Source: Bdellovibrionales bacterium (GTDB lineage Bacteria; Bdellovibrionota; Bdellovibrionia; Bdellovibrionales; JAMPXM01). From it: a stretch of 20,502 bases of DNA. Below the pieces are notes generated by a model that searched no databases, was not told the DNA's origin, and saw only the letters and a program-made list of their open reading frames with translations. This document shows positions 8,124 through 16,348 of the stretch, piece after piece; within the stretch, counting starts at the first letter, position 1, and every line of letters starts with the position of its first letter. The stretch lies in contig JAYUEN010000083.1 of assembly GCA_043739185.1 (NCBI GenBank), positions 1 through 20,502 on the forward strand, given 5' to 3'. The position numbers and the translations under genes are program-made.

Positions 8124-9347
8124 TTAGAGATACTTCGATACAGGGCGAACCCTTGCTATGGCGGCCGTTATAAGGTCACAGGCATAATCCACATCCTCTA
8201 GCTGGGTTTTTCTTCCCAATCCAAAGCGCATTGTAAAGTCCTGTCGAGGGCCAGGCAGGATTGATTTAGCAATTTGAAACTTTCTTATTTCACTAATAAC
8301 ATGGCTATCGTCGCCGGTTGAACAAGCACTGCCAGAACTAAAAGCTAGTTCACTTAATGACATCAACATTTGATCGGCCAAAACCGCGTCAATACTGACG
8401 CTGACATTATTGCATAAACGCTCGGTCGGATGACCATTTAAAAGGACGCCTGTATTCTCACTTAGAATGCGAGTGATCATATGATTTCTCAAAACTTCTT
8501 GTCTTGGAAGTTCAAGGTGCATATCAATTTTAGCTAATTCGCAAGCTTCACCTAAGCCAACAATTCCCGGAACATTTTGTGTGCCACTTCTCAATCCTCG
8601 TTCTTGGCCGCCGCCAAAAAGATAGGGTCTGACACGAACGCGGGGCTGGGATTGTCTTAAAAAGATAGCTCCAATTCCCTTAGGAGCATAAAGTTTATGA
8701 CCAGAAAGCGAAAGTAAATCAATGTGATTTTTGGAAACATCAATCGGATGCTTACCGCAAATTTGTGCACTATCGACGTGAAATAAGATTTCATTTTTTC
8801 TGCACAGCTCACCTATTTCTGTGACCGGATTGAGTGAGCCGATTTCATTATTGGCATGAATGAGCGAAACCAAGAGCGTATTTTCGCGAAACGCATTTTG
8901 AACTTGCGTGGGCGAAACTTGGCCAAATTCATTTACGTCTAAATAAGTTACTTGATGTCCCAATTTTTCGAGCTGCCCCGCGACTTCAAGACTACATTTG
9001 TGCTCAACTTTTGAAGTGATCAAATGAAATTTTTTATGTTGTTCGCTTTCAGCATTTTCAAATAAACCCAAAATCGCTAAATGAATGGATTCGGTTGCTC
9101 CACTAGTAAAAATTATTTCTCGAGCTTGGGCTCCGAGAAGTTGAGCCACTTGGGTTCGCGCATTTTCAATGGCCTCTTTCGCTTTCCAGCCGAAACAATG
9201 TTGTCCGCTCATGGCGTTGCCAAAATCTTCTGTGAAGTAGGGCAGCATTTTTTCAAGTACTCGTGGCTCGACCGGAGTGGTCGCATGATGATCTAAGTAG
9301 ATTGATTTTTTTAAAGTTTTTTCAGACAAATTGAATTCTCTTTTCAA
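8124..9347 (-). CDS. iscS: Group I (IscS/NifS-type) cysteine desulfurase
   Basis: IYLDHHATTP, FTSGATES, ANNEIG, SGHK (PLP lysine), GGGQERGLRSGT and SSGSACS (catalytic Cys). TTG start at 9347 or 9329. Confidence 0.93.
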   Translation of the reverse strand: MKREFNLSEKTLKKSIYLDHHATTPVEPRVLEKMLPYFTEDFGNAMSGQHCFGWKAKEAIENARTQVAQLLGAQAREIIFTSGATESIHLAILGLFENAESEQHKKFHLITSKVEHKCSLEVAGQLEKLGHQVTYLDVNEFGQVSPTQVQNAFRENTLLVSLIHANNEIGSLNPVTEIGELCRKNEILFHVDSAQICGKHPIDVSKNHIDLLSLSGHKLYAPKGIGAIFLRQSQPRVRVRPYLFGGGQERGLRSGTQNVPGIVGLGEACELAKIDMHLELPRQEVLRNHMITRILSENTGVLLNGHPTERLCNNVSVSIDAVLADQMLMSLSELAFSSGSACSTGDDSHVISEIRKFQIAKSILPGPRQDFTMRFGLGRKTQLEDVDYACDLITAAIARVRPVSKYL

Positions 9348-9388
9348 AAAAACAGAATGCTCGCTAGACTTAGGATTCTAATTAGAAC

Positions 9389-9417
9389 GTGACAATTATA
9401 TTCCTTCTAGTTAACTT
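9389..9417 (+). promoter_or_regulatory. Putative sigma70 promoter of the acyl-CoA dehydrogenase, overlapping the iscS promoter
   Basis: GTGACA-17 bp-TAACTT. Confidence 0.4.
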
Positions 9418-9423
9418 GCACAA
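9395..9423 (-). promoter_or_regulatory. Putative sigma70 promoter of iscS
   Basis: Minus strand TTGTGC-17 bp-TATAAT with a perfect -10. Confidence 0.6.
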
Positions 9424-9449
9424 AGAATTATTTCTTGGAGGCAATGCGG

Positions 9450-10652
9450 ATGTCGGCAACTTGGCGTGATTTCGATCTTTTCAATCCAACTGAAGAGCAC
9501 AAGATGCTTAGGCAAACCCTCAGACAGTTTGTCGCGGCAGAAATTGAGCCTCAAGCGGAAGCTTTTGATCGAGACGAGAAATTCAACTTAACTTTATTTC
9601 GTAAATTGGGAGATTTGGGTTTACTCGGAATCAGTGTCCCTGCGAAATACGGCGGCTCTGAACTAGATGCCGTGGCGGCGGCCTTAGTGCATGAGGAAAT
9701 TGCGGCCAGCGATCCTGGATTTTGTTTGGCCTACTTGGCTCACGCTATGCTCTGTGTGAATAATTTAAGCGTCAATGGTAGTGAGGAGCAGAAGTTGCGA
9801 CTTTTGCCAAATTTATGTAGCGGCAAATCTGTTGGCTGTATGGCGATGTCAGAAGCCCAGGTGGGCACGGATGTTCTAGGCATGGAGGGTCGTGCGCTAA
9901 AGCAGGGATCAAATTATTTAGTAAATGCCCGTAAAATGTGGATTACCAACGGGACAATTGATGAGAATAATACGCCTGCCGATGTCGTTTGGCTTTATGT
10001 AAAAACTGGTCCTCAAAAATCCGATATTTCAACGCTGATTGTTGAAAAATCATTTGAGGGTTTTTCTGTAGGACAGAAAATTAAAAATAAACTAGGAATG
10101 CGAGCCTCAAATACCGCGGAATTGGTATTTAATAATTGTCCTGTTCCTCAAGCAAATCTGGTAGGCAAAGAAAACGATTCAATGAGCCATATGATGAAAA
10201 ATCTCGAGATTGAACGCTTAACTTTGGCGGCCATGAGCTTGGGAATTGCTCGCAGATCACTTCAGATAATGCATAAATATGCGTTAGAAAGAACTGCCTT
10301 TGGAAAATCTCTAAATCAGTTTGGCCAAATTCAAAAATATATTGCTGAAAGTTTTGCTGAGTATCAGGCGGCACGGGTCTATGTATACGATACAGCGCGA
10401 AAGCTAAATACGAGCGGCAGCGGTGACCCCCTTGATTCAGATGGCGTCAAACTGGTGGCCTCTACTACTGGCAAAAATATCGCGGATCGAGCTATACAAG
10501 TTTTGGGCGGTTATGGATATGTGGCTGAATATGTTGTTGAAAGACTTTGGCGGGATGCCAAATTATTAGAAATTGGCGGTGGAACTCTAGAGGCCCATCA
10601 AAAAAATATTTGCGGGCAGCTTAGTAAAAACTCAAGAAGACTATACGACTAA
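9450..10652 (+). CDS. Acyl-CoA dehydrogenase, isovaleryl-CoA dehydrogenase-like
   Basis: MAMSE..GTD, KMWITNG, KLGMRASNTAEL, QVLGGYGY. It has EIGGGT (no MCAD-type Glu376) and LEIERL (IVD-type helix G Glu). SD GGAGG lies 8 nt before ATG 9450. Confidence 0.9.
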   Translation: MSATWRDFDLFNPTEEHKMLRQTLRQFVAAEIEPQAEAFDRDEKFNLTLFRKLGDLGLLGISVPAKYGGSELDAVAAALVHEEIAASDPGFCLAYLAHAMLCVNNLSVNGSEEQKLRLLPNLCSGKSVGCMAMSEAQVGTDVLGMEGRALKQGSNYLVNARKMWITNGTIDENNTPADVVWLYVKTGPQKSDISTLIVEKSFEGFSVGQKIKNKLGMRASNTAELVFNNCPVPQANLVGKENDSMSHMMKNLEIERLTLAAMSLGIARRSLQIMHKYALERTAFGKSLNQFGQIQKYIAESFAEYQAARVYVYDTARKLNTSGSGDPLDSDGVKLVASTTGKNIADRAIQVLGGYGYVAEYVVERLWRDAKLLEIGGGTLEAHQKNICGQLSKNSRRLYD

Positions 10653-11353
10653 AAAATACTTCCGTTGCCCTTCGCAAGGGCGACACCTGGCGCCAGCATG
10701 ACGCGTTCAGTAGCTTCATTCATAGCTTTAATTTGACCCGAGCCCTTCATGGCCTTTGCAGGTTGTTCGAGGGTGGCTTCTGTAGACGAGGTGTCTACTG
10801 GGCGATCGTTTCGTTCCCCCAGTTGGGCCTTTTCATTTTCAACTGGAACAAAAACACTTTGCCACTCCGCAATTTGTGTAACCCCTAAGTTAATAACCTG
10901 ATCAAGGGTTGAATCCGCACTTGCAACCAATTTTTTAAATTCAATAAGTCGACTGTCGCTCAATTCACTTTGTTGCTTTTCTTCAACCGACATATTCTCA
11001 ATAGAGTTGTAGGCCGTGCTCACTTTAGCAAACAGCATCTTTTCACGAAACTTCAATATATTTAGGAAAACTCGAACTAAATCAGGATTGGTTCGATACA
11101 AATGGGTGCCTCGATTGCTTTTGCCAATTTCAGTAATTAGTTTGAGATCAATTAGCTCACGTAACGATATGCTTATTAGGGCTTTTGAAATATCTAATCG
11201 CTTCACTAGGTCTGAAGCATCTAAGGGGCGATTTGAGAGGAAAAGGTGGGTCCAAATCCTGCCATGCACGCGCTTCAGGCCCCAATTATAAACCAATTCA
11301 CCGACTTCATCTGCTAAAAGATTGAGTTGTTGAAGACTTTCATTTGCATCCAT
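10649..11353 (-). CDS. GbsR/MarR family transcriptional regulator with a C-terminal low-complexity extension
   Basis: WGLKRVHGRIWTHLFLS..PLDASDLVKRLDISKALISISLREL matches the GbsR wHTH signature; SD GAGG upstream. Confidence 0.8.
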   Translation of the reverse strand: MDANESLQQLNLLADEVGELVYNWGLKRVHGRIWTHLFLSNRPLDASDLVKRLDISKALISISLRELIDLKLITEIGKSNRGTHLYRTNPDLVRVFLNILKFREKMLFAKVSTAYNSIENMSVEEKQQSELSDSRLIEFKKLVASADSTLDQVINLGVTQIAEWQSVFVPVENEKAQLGERNDRPVDTSSTEATLEQPAKAMKGSGQIKAMNEATERVMLAPGVALAKGNGSIF

Positions 11354-11453
11354 GGAGTAACCTCGTATAAAAAGTTTCTATATATGGCCCAAATCTTAAC
11401 GCTTTCTTTGCAATCCAACAAGAGATAAATTCAGATTTATTTGAAAGGACATT

Positions 11454-12170
11454 TTGTCGGCATCATTTTTTCCTCATAGTGAAGACCTGCAAATTGGTGA
11501 ACTTAAAATTCATGCTTCGCAAGTTATTGATTTAATAAACCCTTATATATCTGAGCCGCGAAAAAACCGTATCGCCCAAGTCGTAAAAGATCGAAGTTTT
11601 TCGGTAGTAAGCGTTCTCGAAAACATTTACGACCGTGGAAATGCAAGTGCTGTTATGCGTTCATGTGAGGCGATGGGTTTTCAAAGCGTTCATATGATCG
11701 AGCCCAACGACAAATTTAAAAAAGCGAACCGCGTAACTAAAGGCGCCGACAAATGGCTCGACGTCACCACCTGGAAATCAACTTCTCAATGCGTGAAATT
11801 TCTTAAAGCTCATAATTACAAGATCTATGCGACTCACTTGAATGCAAAAGCGGTTCCCATTGAAAAAATTGATTGGACAGAGCCTTCCGCAATCGTGCTC
11901 GGAAATGAAAAAGATGGAATAAGCCCTGAAATGCAAGAGCTTTGCGATCAGACGGTGATCATTCCGATGCAGGGTTTTGTTCAAAGCTTCAATATATCAG
12001 TAGCTGCTGCAATTGCGCTTTACCATATTTATCGGGCGCGAATTGCTAAATTCGGGCAAAGTGGGGATCTCACCGAGGAGGAACGCGAAATTTTAACCGC
12101 ACAATTTCTTATTAGATCCTCTAAAAATCCCGAGCGACTTTTACGCCGGCTCATGGAGCGGAAGCCTTAA
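11454..12170 (+). CDS. trmH: TrmH/SpoU family RNA 2'-O-methyltransferase (tRNA Gm18-type)
   Basis: SPOUT motifs LENIYDRGNASAVMRSCEAMG, VLGNEKDGIS and IPMQGFVQSFNISVAAAI; TTG start with AAGGA SD. Confidence 0.88.
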   Translation: MSASFFPHSEDLQIGELKIHASQVIDLINPYISEPRKNRIAQVVKDRSFSVVSVLENIYDRGNASAVMRSCEAMGFQSVHMIEPNDKFKKANRVTKGADKWLDVTTWKSTSQCVKFLKAHNYKIYATHLNAKAVPIEKIDWTEPSAIVLGNEKDGISPEMQELCDQTVIIPMQGFVQSFNISVAAAIALYHIYRARIAKFGQSGDLTEEEREILTAQFLIRSSKNPERLLRRLMERKP

Positions 12171-12252
12171 GCCCTTAATAAGAGATTGAAAAATAACAAC
12201 AAATCATGCAATTTGACATGAGGATCTTGATTAAAAGTAAGTGAGATATGAA

Positions 12253-13251
12253 ATGAAAATTGCACTCCTACATGATTCAACATTACCACCCAAAAATTAC
12301 GGTGGAATTGAACGAATTGTAATGGCCCTGGCCCAAGAATACTCACGATTGGGACATAAAGTAGTTATTGCTGCGCGCGCCAATAGTCAAATTCAGGGCT
12401 ATGAGTTTTGTGCGCTGCCAGAAAAGCACAATGAAAAAGATCCGCGAACTTATCTTCCGAATGATGTCGATTTTTTGCATTCACATGAGCCTTTGTTTGT
12501 GAAACCAAGCCTGCCATTTCTGGTGACCATTCATGGGAATGGCCATTTAGAAGAAAAATACTTCTCAAATACAAATTTTTTGAGTCAAAGCCACTCTCGA
12601 AATCATCATGCTAAATACTTTGTGTATAATGGTGTGGATCCAGAGCGCTATCCTTATCAAAGAGAAAAGAAAGACTATTACGTCTTTCTAGCTCGAACAA
12701 CTTGGAGAGTGAAAAACTTAAAGACGGCCTTGGCGTGGGCAAAAGATTTAAATGTCGAATTGCGAATTATGGGCGGCAGCGGACTATCGCGAGGAAAAAT
12801 TCACTATCATGGCCTAGTCGACGAGCCCGAAAAGTTAGAACTACTTAAAAATGCAAAAGCCCTCATTTATCCTACTAATTGGGACGAGCCATGTGCGGCT
12901 GCTCCGCTCGAAGCTTTGGCTTGTGGCACACCGGTGATCACTACCGCAAATGGTTGTATGCCAGAATTGGTGAGGCCTGGGACCGGAGTGGTTTGCAGAA
13001 ACTATCAAGAACTACTGGCTGCACACTCAAAGTTGACTGAAACTTCCGCTCAGGCCTGTCGAGAATCAATTGAAAATTTCTTTTCGCTTAAGAGAATGGC
13101 TCAAGACTATTTGGTTTTAATCCAAAAAATATTGAGTGAAGGCGAGCTCGATCATCAGCCGCGCTTTGCCTTTGAAAAGCAATCGGTGCAATTATTGTAC
13201 AAGCCAAACTTAAAAAATTGGTTGAGCGTAAAAATTTTGGGAAAGGTGTAG
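12253..13251 (+). CDS. GT4 (GT-B fold) glycosyltransferase
   Basis: PPKNYGGIERIV, VYNGVD and WDEPCAAAPLEALACGTPVI (E-X7-E) motifs. Confidence 0.9.
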   Translation: MKIALLHDSTLPPKNYGGIERIVMALAQEYSRLGHKVVIAARANSQIQGYEFCALPEKHNEKDPRTYLPNDVDFLHSHEPLFVKPSLPFLVTIHGNGHLEEKYFSNTNFLSQSHSRNHHAKYFVYNGVDPERYPYQREKKDYYVFLARTTWRVKNLKTALAWAKDLNVELRIMGGSGLSRGKIHYHGLVDEPEKLELLKNAKALIYPTNWDEPCAAAPLEALACGTPVITTANGCMPELVRPGTGVVCRNYQELLAAHSKLTETSAQACRESIENFFSLKRMAQDYLVLIQKILSEGELDHQPRFAFEKQSVQLLYKPNLKNWLSVKILGKV

Positions 13252-13253
13252 TT

Positions 13254-14210
13254 TTGAAAATATTCGTAACCGGCGGCGCTGGCTTCATTGGTTCACATTT
13301 GTGCGAAAAGTTTTTAAGTGAAGGTCATTTTGTTACCGCTTATGACAATTTAATTTTAGGCAAGAGAGAACTTCTTAAGAACTTTATCGATCACAAAAAT
13401 TTTCGCTTTATTCAAAATGACCTTTTAGAACTTGAAGTATTGACTCGCGAAATGGCTGGAGCGGATTTAGTTTATCATTTGGCGGCCAATTCAGATATTG
13501 CCCAAGGGGCATCGACCACAACCATTGATCTACATAATGGCACCATCGCTACTTATAATACTCTTGAGGCCATGCGTTTAAATGGCATTAAGCAAATGGT
13601 ATTCGCGTCGACATCCGCAATTTACGGCGAAGCAACCATAAAGCCCACGCCCGAAAACTATGGGCCACTTTTGCCGATCTCATTTTATGGGGCGAGCAAA
13701 TTGGCATGTGAGGCTTTGTGTTCTGCGTTTTCTCATAATTTCGATATGAAAATTTGGGTTTATCGTTTTGCCAATATTGTGGGTTCACATGCAACCCATG
13801 GAGCAATTCATGACTTTGTAGTAAGACTTTTAAAAAAGCCCGAGCGCTTAGAGGTTCTGGGTAATGGCACTCAAAAAAAATCTTATTTGCATATTGAGGA
13901 CTGCATTTCGGGAATGCGTTTCGGATTTGAAAAGTGCAAAGAAAATTTTCAAGTATTTAATTTGGCGAGTGTGGGTGTGACCGAAGTTCTTTTTATTGCT
14001 GAAGAGGTTGCAAAGCAGGTTTCAGAGCGATCCGGCGTGAGGGCTGAGATTATTTTTGGGCAAGAAAACCGTGGTTGGAGAGGGGATGTCCCCTATACCC
14101 ATTTGACTCGTGAGAAATTCTTAAGTGTCGGTTGGCAAGCGAAACTGAGTAGCAATGAAGCGGTGGCGCTTGCGATCAAAGAAATTATTAGCGAGAAATT
14201 TCAAGGATGA
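13254..14210 (+). CDS. Extended SDR NAD-dependent sugar epimerase/dehydratase
   Basis: VTGGAGFIGSH, HLAAN, STSAIYG, YGASK, RFANIVG, GWRGDVP; TTG start at 13254 just after the GT stop. Confidence 0.92.
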   Translation: MKIFVTGGAGFIGSHLCEKFLSEGHFVTAYDNLILGKRELLKNFIDHKNFRFIQNDLLELEVLTREMAGADLVYHLAANSDIAQGASTTTIDLHNGTIATYNTLEAMRLNGIKQMVFASTSAIYGEATIKPTPENYGPLLPISFYGASKLACEALCSAFSHNFDMKIWVYRFANIVGSHATHGAIHDFVVRLLKKPERLEVLGNGTQKKSYLHIEDCISGMRFGFEKCKENFQVFNLASVGVTEVLFIAEEVAKQVSERSGVRAEIIFGQENRGWRGDVPYTHLTREKFLSVGWQAKLSSNEAVALAIKEIISEKFQG

Positions 14211-14923
14211 GGCAAATTGTTATCTTAGCAGGAGGCCTCGGAACAAGACTGCGGCCGATAACTGAAAAAATCCCGAAACCCCTGGTCACTGTGGGCGGGC
14301 AGCCATTTTTGACTTGGCAACTGAAGGAGTGTCTACGGCAAAACTACAAAAATATTTTGCTGCTGGTTTCTTATTTAGGTGAGCAAATTCAGAGCCAATA
14401 TGGCAATGGTAGCTCCTTAGGGCTTTCGATTTCTTATTCATTTGAGGGCCGGCCATTAGGAACTGGTGGGGCTTTGAAGAATGCCTTTCATGAGTTAGAC
14501 GAAAGTTTTTTTGTTTTAAACGGAGATAGTTTTCTCAGGGCACCCATGGCTGAACTTGAAAGCTCATTTGATAATTCAGGTGCCGAGGTTTTGATTTCGA
14601 CCTATGATAATAGTCTCAAAACACCAGTAAAAGAAAATATAATTGCAAATGATGGTTGGATTGAGCGCTATCAAAAAGCGGCCGGTAAAGAAAATGGTTT
14701 TGAGCTTGTCGATTCTGGGATTTACTTAATGAAGAAGTCAGTCATTTCGAAGTTTCCTCAAAGTAAGTTTCAATTAGAAGATCTTTGGCCAGAACTCATT
14801 GCCAAGAAAAAACTCTATTCTTATCCCGTGAATGAGCGTTTTTATGATATTGGCACGCCAGAACGCCTAAAAGAGTTTGAGGAGAAAATTCATGATTATT
14901 TCACGAACTCCCTTCCGCATTAG
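14207..14923 (+). CDS. Sugar-1-phosphate nucleotidyltransferase, HddC-like (heptose-1-P guanylyltransferase)
   Basis: ILAGGLGTRL, PKPL, PLGTGGAL, VLNGDS, FYDIGTPE; ATGA coupling; adjacent to the HddA-like kinase. Confidence 0.85.
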   Translation: MRQIVILAGGLGTRLRPITEKIPKPLVTVGGQPFLTWQLKECLRQNYKNILLLVSYLGEQIQSQYGNGSSLGLSISYSFEGRPLGTGGALKNAFHELDESFFVLNGDSFLRAPMAELESSFDNSGAEVLISTYDNSLKTPVKENIIANDGWIERYQKAAGKENGFELVDSGIYLMKKSVISKFPQSKFQLEDLWPELIAKKKLYSYPVNERFYDIGTPERLKEFEEKIHDYFTNSLPH

Positions 14924-15890
14924 TTTTCTCGGAGGGGGCACAGATTTACCTTCTTTTTATGAACAAGAAGAGGGTGCGGTGCTTTCAACAAGCATCAATA
15001 AATATATGTATATTACGGTCAATGATCGTTTTGATGAGTCTTATCGATTGAGCTATAGCAAAACCGAAATCGTAAAGTCCGTCGATGAAATTGAACATAA
15101 AATAATAAAAGTTGTATTGCAAAAGTATGCGGCTTTGGCGCGAGAAAAGAATGGCAATCGCGGCCTTGAAATATTATCAATGGCCGATATTCCTGGCGGA
15201 ACTGGCCTAGGTAGCTCTTCAAGTTTTACAGTAAGTCTATTGCATGCCATGAAGGCTCACTGCGGAGTTTTTCAAAGCGCTGGTGATCTTGCCAAAGAGG
15301 CCAGTGAAATCGAGATTGATATTTTGCATGAACCGATCGGAAAGCAAGACCAATATGCCGCTGCATTTGGTGGCTTGCAGTTCATTCGCTTTTTGCCTGA
15401 TGGTCAGGTTTCAAGTGATCCAGTTATATGTTCTAAGAAAGAAAAGCTCGATCTTGAAGCCTCGATGCTCCTGCTTTATACCGGCAAGACTCGCTCTGCT
15501 TCACAAGTGCTGAGTGAACAAAAGGCGAATATCAGTGGTAAACGCGAGGAACTTAGAGCCATGGCAAAATTGGCCTATAAAATGAAACAGACGCTTGAGG
15601 AGTCGGCTGCAATTTCTAAAGTTGGCGAACTTCTTCATGAGGGATGGCAAATTAAAAAGTCACTTGCCAGCGGCATCGCCGATGCGCAAATCGATCAATG
15701 GTATCAGACCGCAATGAGTGCTGGTGCTTGGGGTGGTAAAATTCTCGGTGCTGGAGGTGGCGGCTTCTTGCTGTTATTGTGTGATCCAGGTAAAAAGGCC
15801 AAAATCAAATCAGCGTTAGCGGATTTACGTTCAATCGATGTTGGCTTTGATAGTTTCGGAAGTAAAATTATTTTTGTGGGTGAGGTATAA
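14892..15890 (+). CDS. hddA: GHMP kinase, D-glycero-alpha-D-manno-heptose-7-phosphate kinase-like
   Basis: MIISRTPFRISFLGGGTD, DIPGGTGLGSSS, IGKQDQYAAAFGG, GGKILGAGGGGF. Confidence 0.85.
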   Translation: MIISRTPFRISFLGGGTDLPSFYEQEEGAVLSTSINKYMYITVNDRFDESYRLSYSKTEIVKSVDEIEHKIIKVVLQKYAALAREKNGNRGLEILSMADIPGGTGLGSSSSFTVSLLHAMKAHCGVFQSAGDLAKEASEIEIDILHEPIGKQDQYAAAFGGLQFIRFLPDGQVSSDPVICSKKEKLDLEASMLLLYTGKTRSASQVLSEQKANISGKREELRAMAKLAYKMKQTLEESAAISKVGELLHEGWQIKKSLASGIADAQIDQWYQTAMSAGAWGGKILGAGGGGFLLLLCDPGKKAKIKSALADLRSIDVGFDSFGSKIIFVGEV

Positions 15891-15891
15891 A

Positions 15892-16308
15892 ATGACGAAG
15901 AAAAAATTAGTAAAAAAGGCGCCAGTAATTGGTGAAAAGCTTTACGGAGAAATCGCAGTTGAAGAAGCTAAGCTTGAAAGATTTGAAAATCGAACCTTAG
16001 TAAGGCGCTATACAGTTGAGTTTAGCTGCCCTGAGTTCACCTGTTTGTGTCCGCGCTCAGGATTTCCGGACTTTGCTACGATTAAGATTAAGTATGTGCC
16101 ACACAAATACTGTGTTGAATTGAAATCTTTGAAACTTTACATCAATAGTTTTCGCGACAAAAAAGTTTTTCACGAAGATGTGACCAATATCATCATACAA
16201 GATCTAATTGATTTATTGGATCCTTGGGAACTTGAAGTGGTAGGTGATTTCACGGTACGAGGAAATATTCATACGGTGGTAAGCGCTCGGCACGAAAAGA
16301 AAAAATAG
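15892..16308 (+). CDS. queF: Unimodular (type I) NADPH-dependent preQ0 nitrile reductase
   Basis: PEFTCLCPRSGFPDFA (catalytic Cys/Asp), QueF motif VELKSLKLY, FHE; ATG one base after the kinase stop. Confidence 0.95.
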   Translation: MTKKKLVKKAPVIGEKLYGEIAVEEAKLERFENRTLVRRYTVEFSCPEFTCLCPRSGFPDFATIKIKYVPHKYCVELKSLKLYINSFRDKKVFHEDVTNIIIQDLIDLLDPWELEVVGDFTVRGNIHTVVSARHEKKK

Positions 16309-16330
16309 CCTGCGAATCTTCGCAGGCTTG
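16297..16330 (-). terminator. Rho-independent terminator between convergent genes, possibly bidirectional
   Basis: Inverted repeat AGCCTGCGAA-TC-TTCGCAGGCT (16307-16328). The minus-strand transcript continues ATTTTTTCTTTT; the plus-strand U-tail is weak. Confidence 0.8.
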
Positions 16331-16348
16331 GATGACATACTTGAATGA

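Noticed and set aside
8105..8135. IscR type 1 site upstream of iscA
   Set aside because: Only a TTGACTA half-site matches, and there is no iscR in the window.
12213..12241. TTGACA upstream of the glycosyltransferase as a sigma70 promoter
   Set aside because: No credible -10 hexamer at 16-18 bp spacing.
15800..15891. preQ1 riboswitch upstream of queF
   Set aside because: There is no intergenic leader; queF starts one base after the kinase stop.
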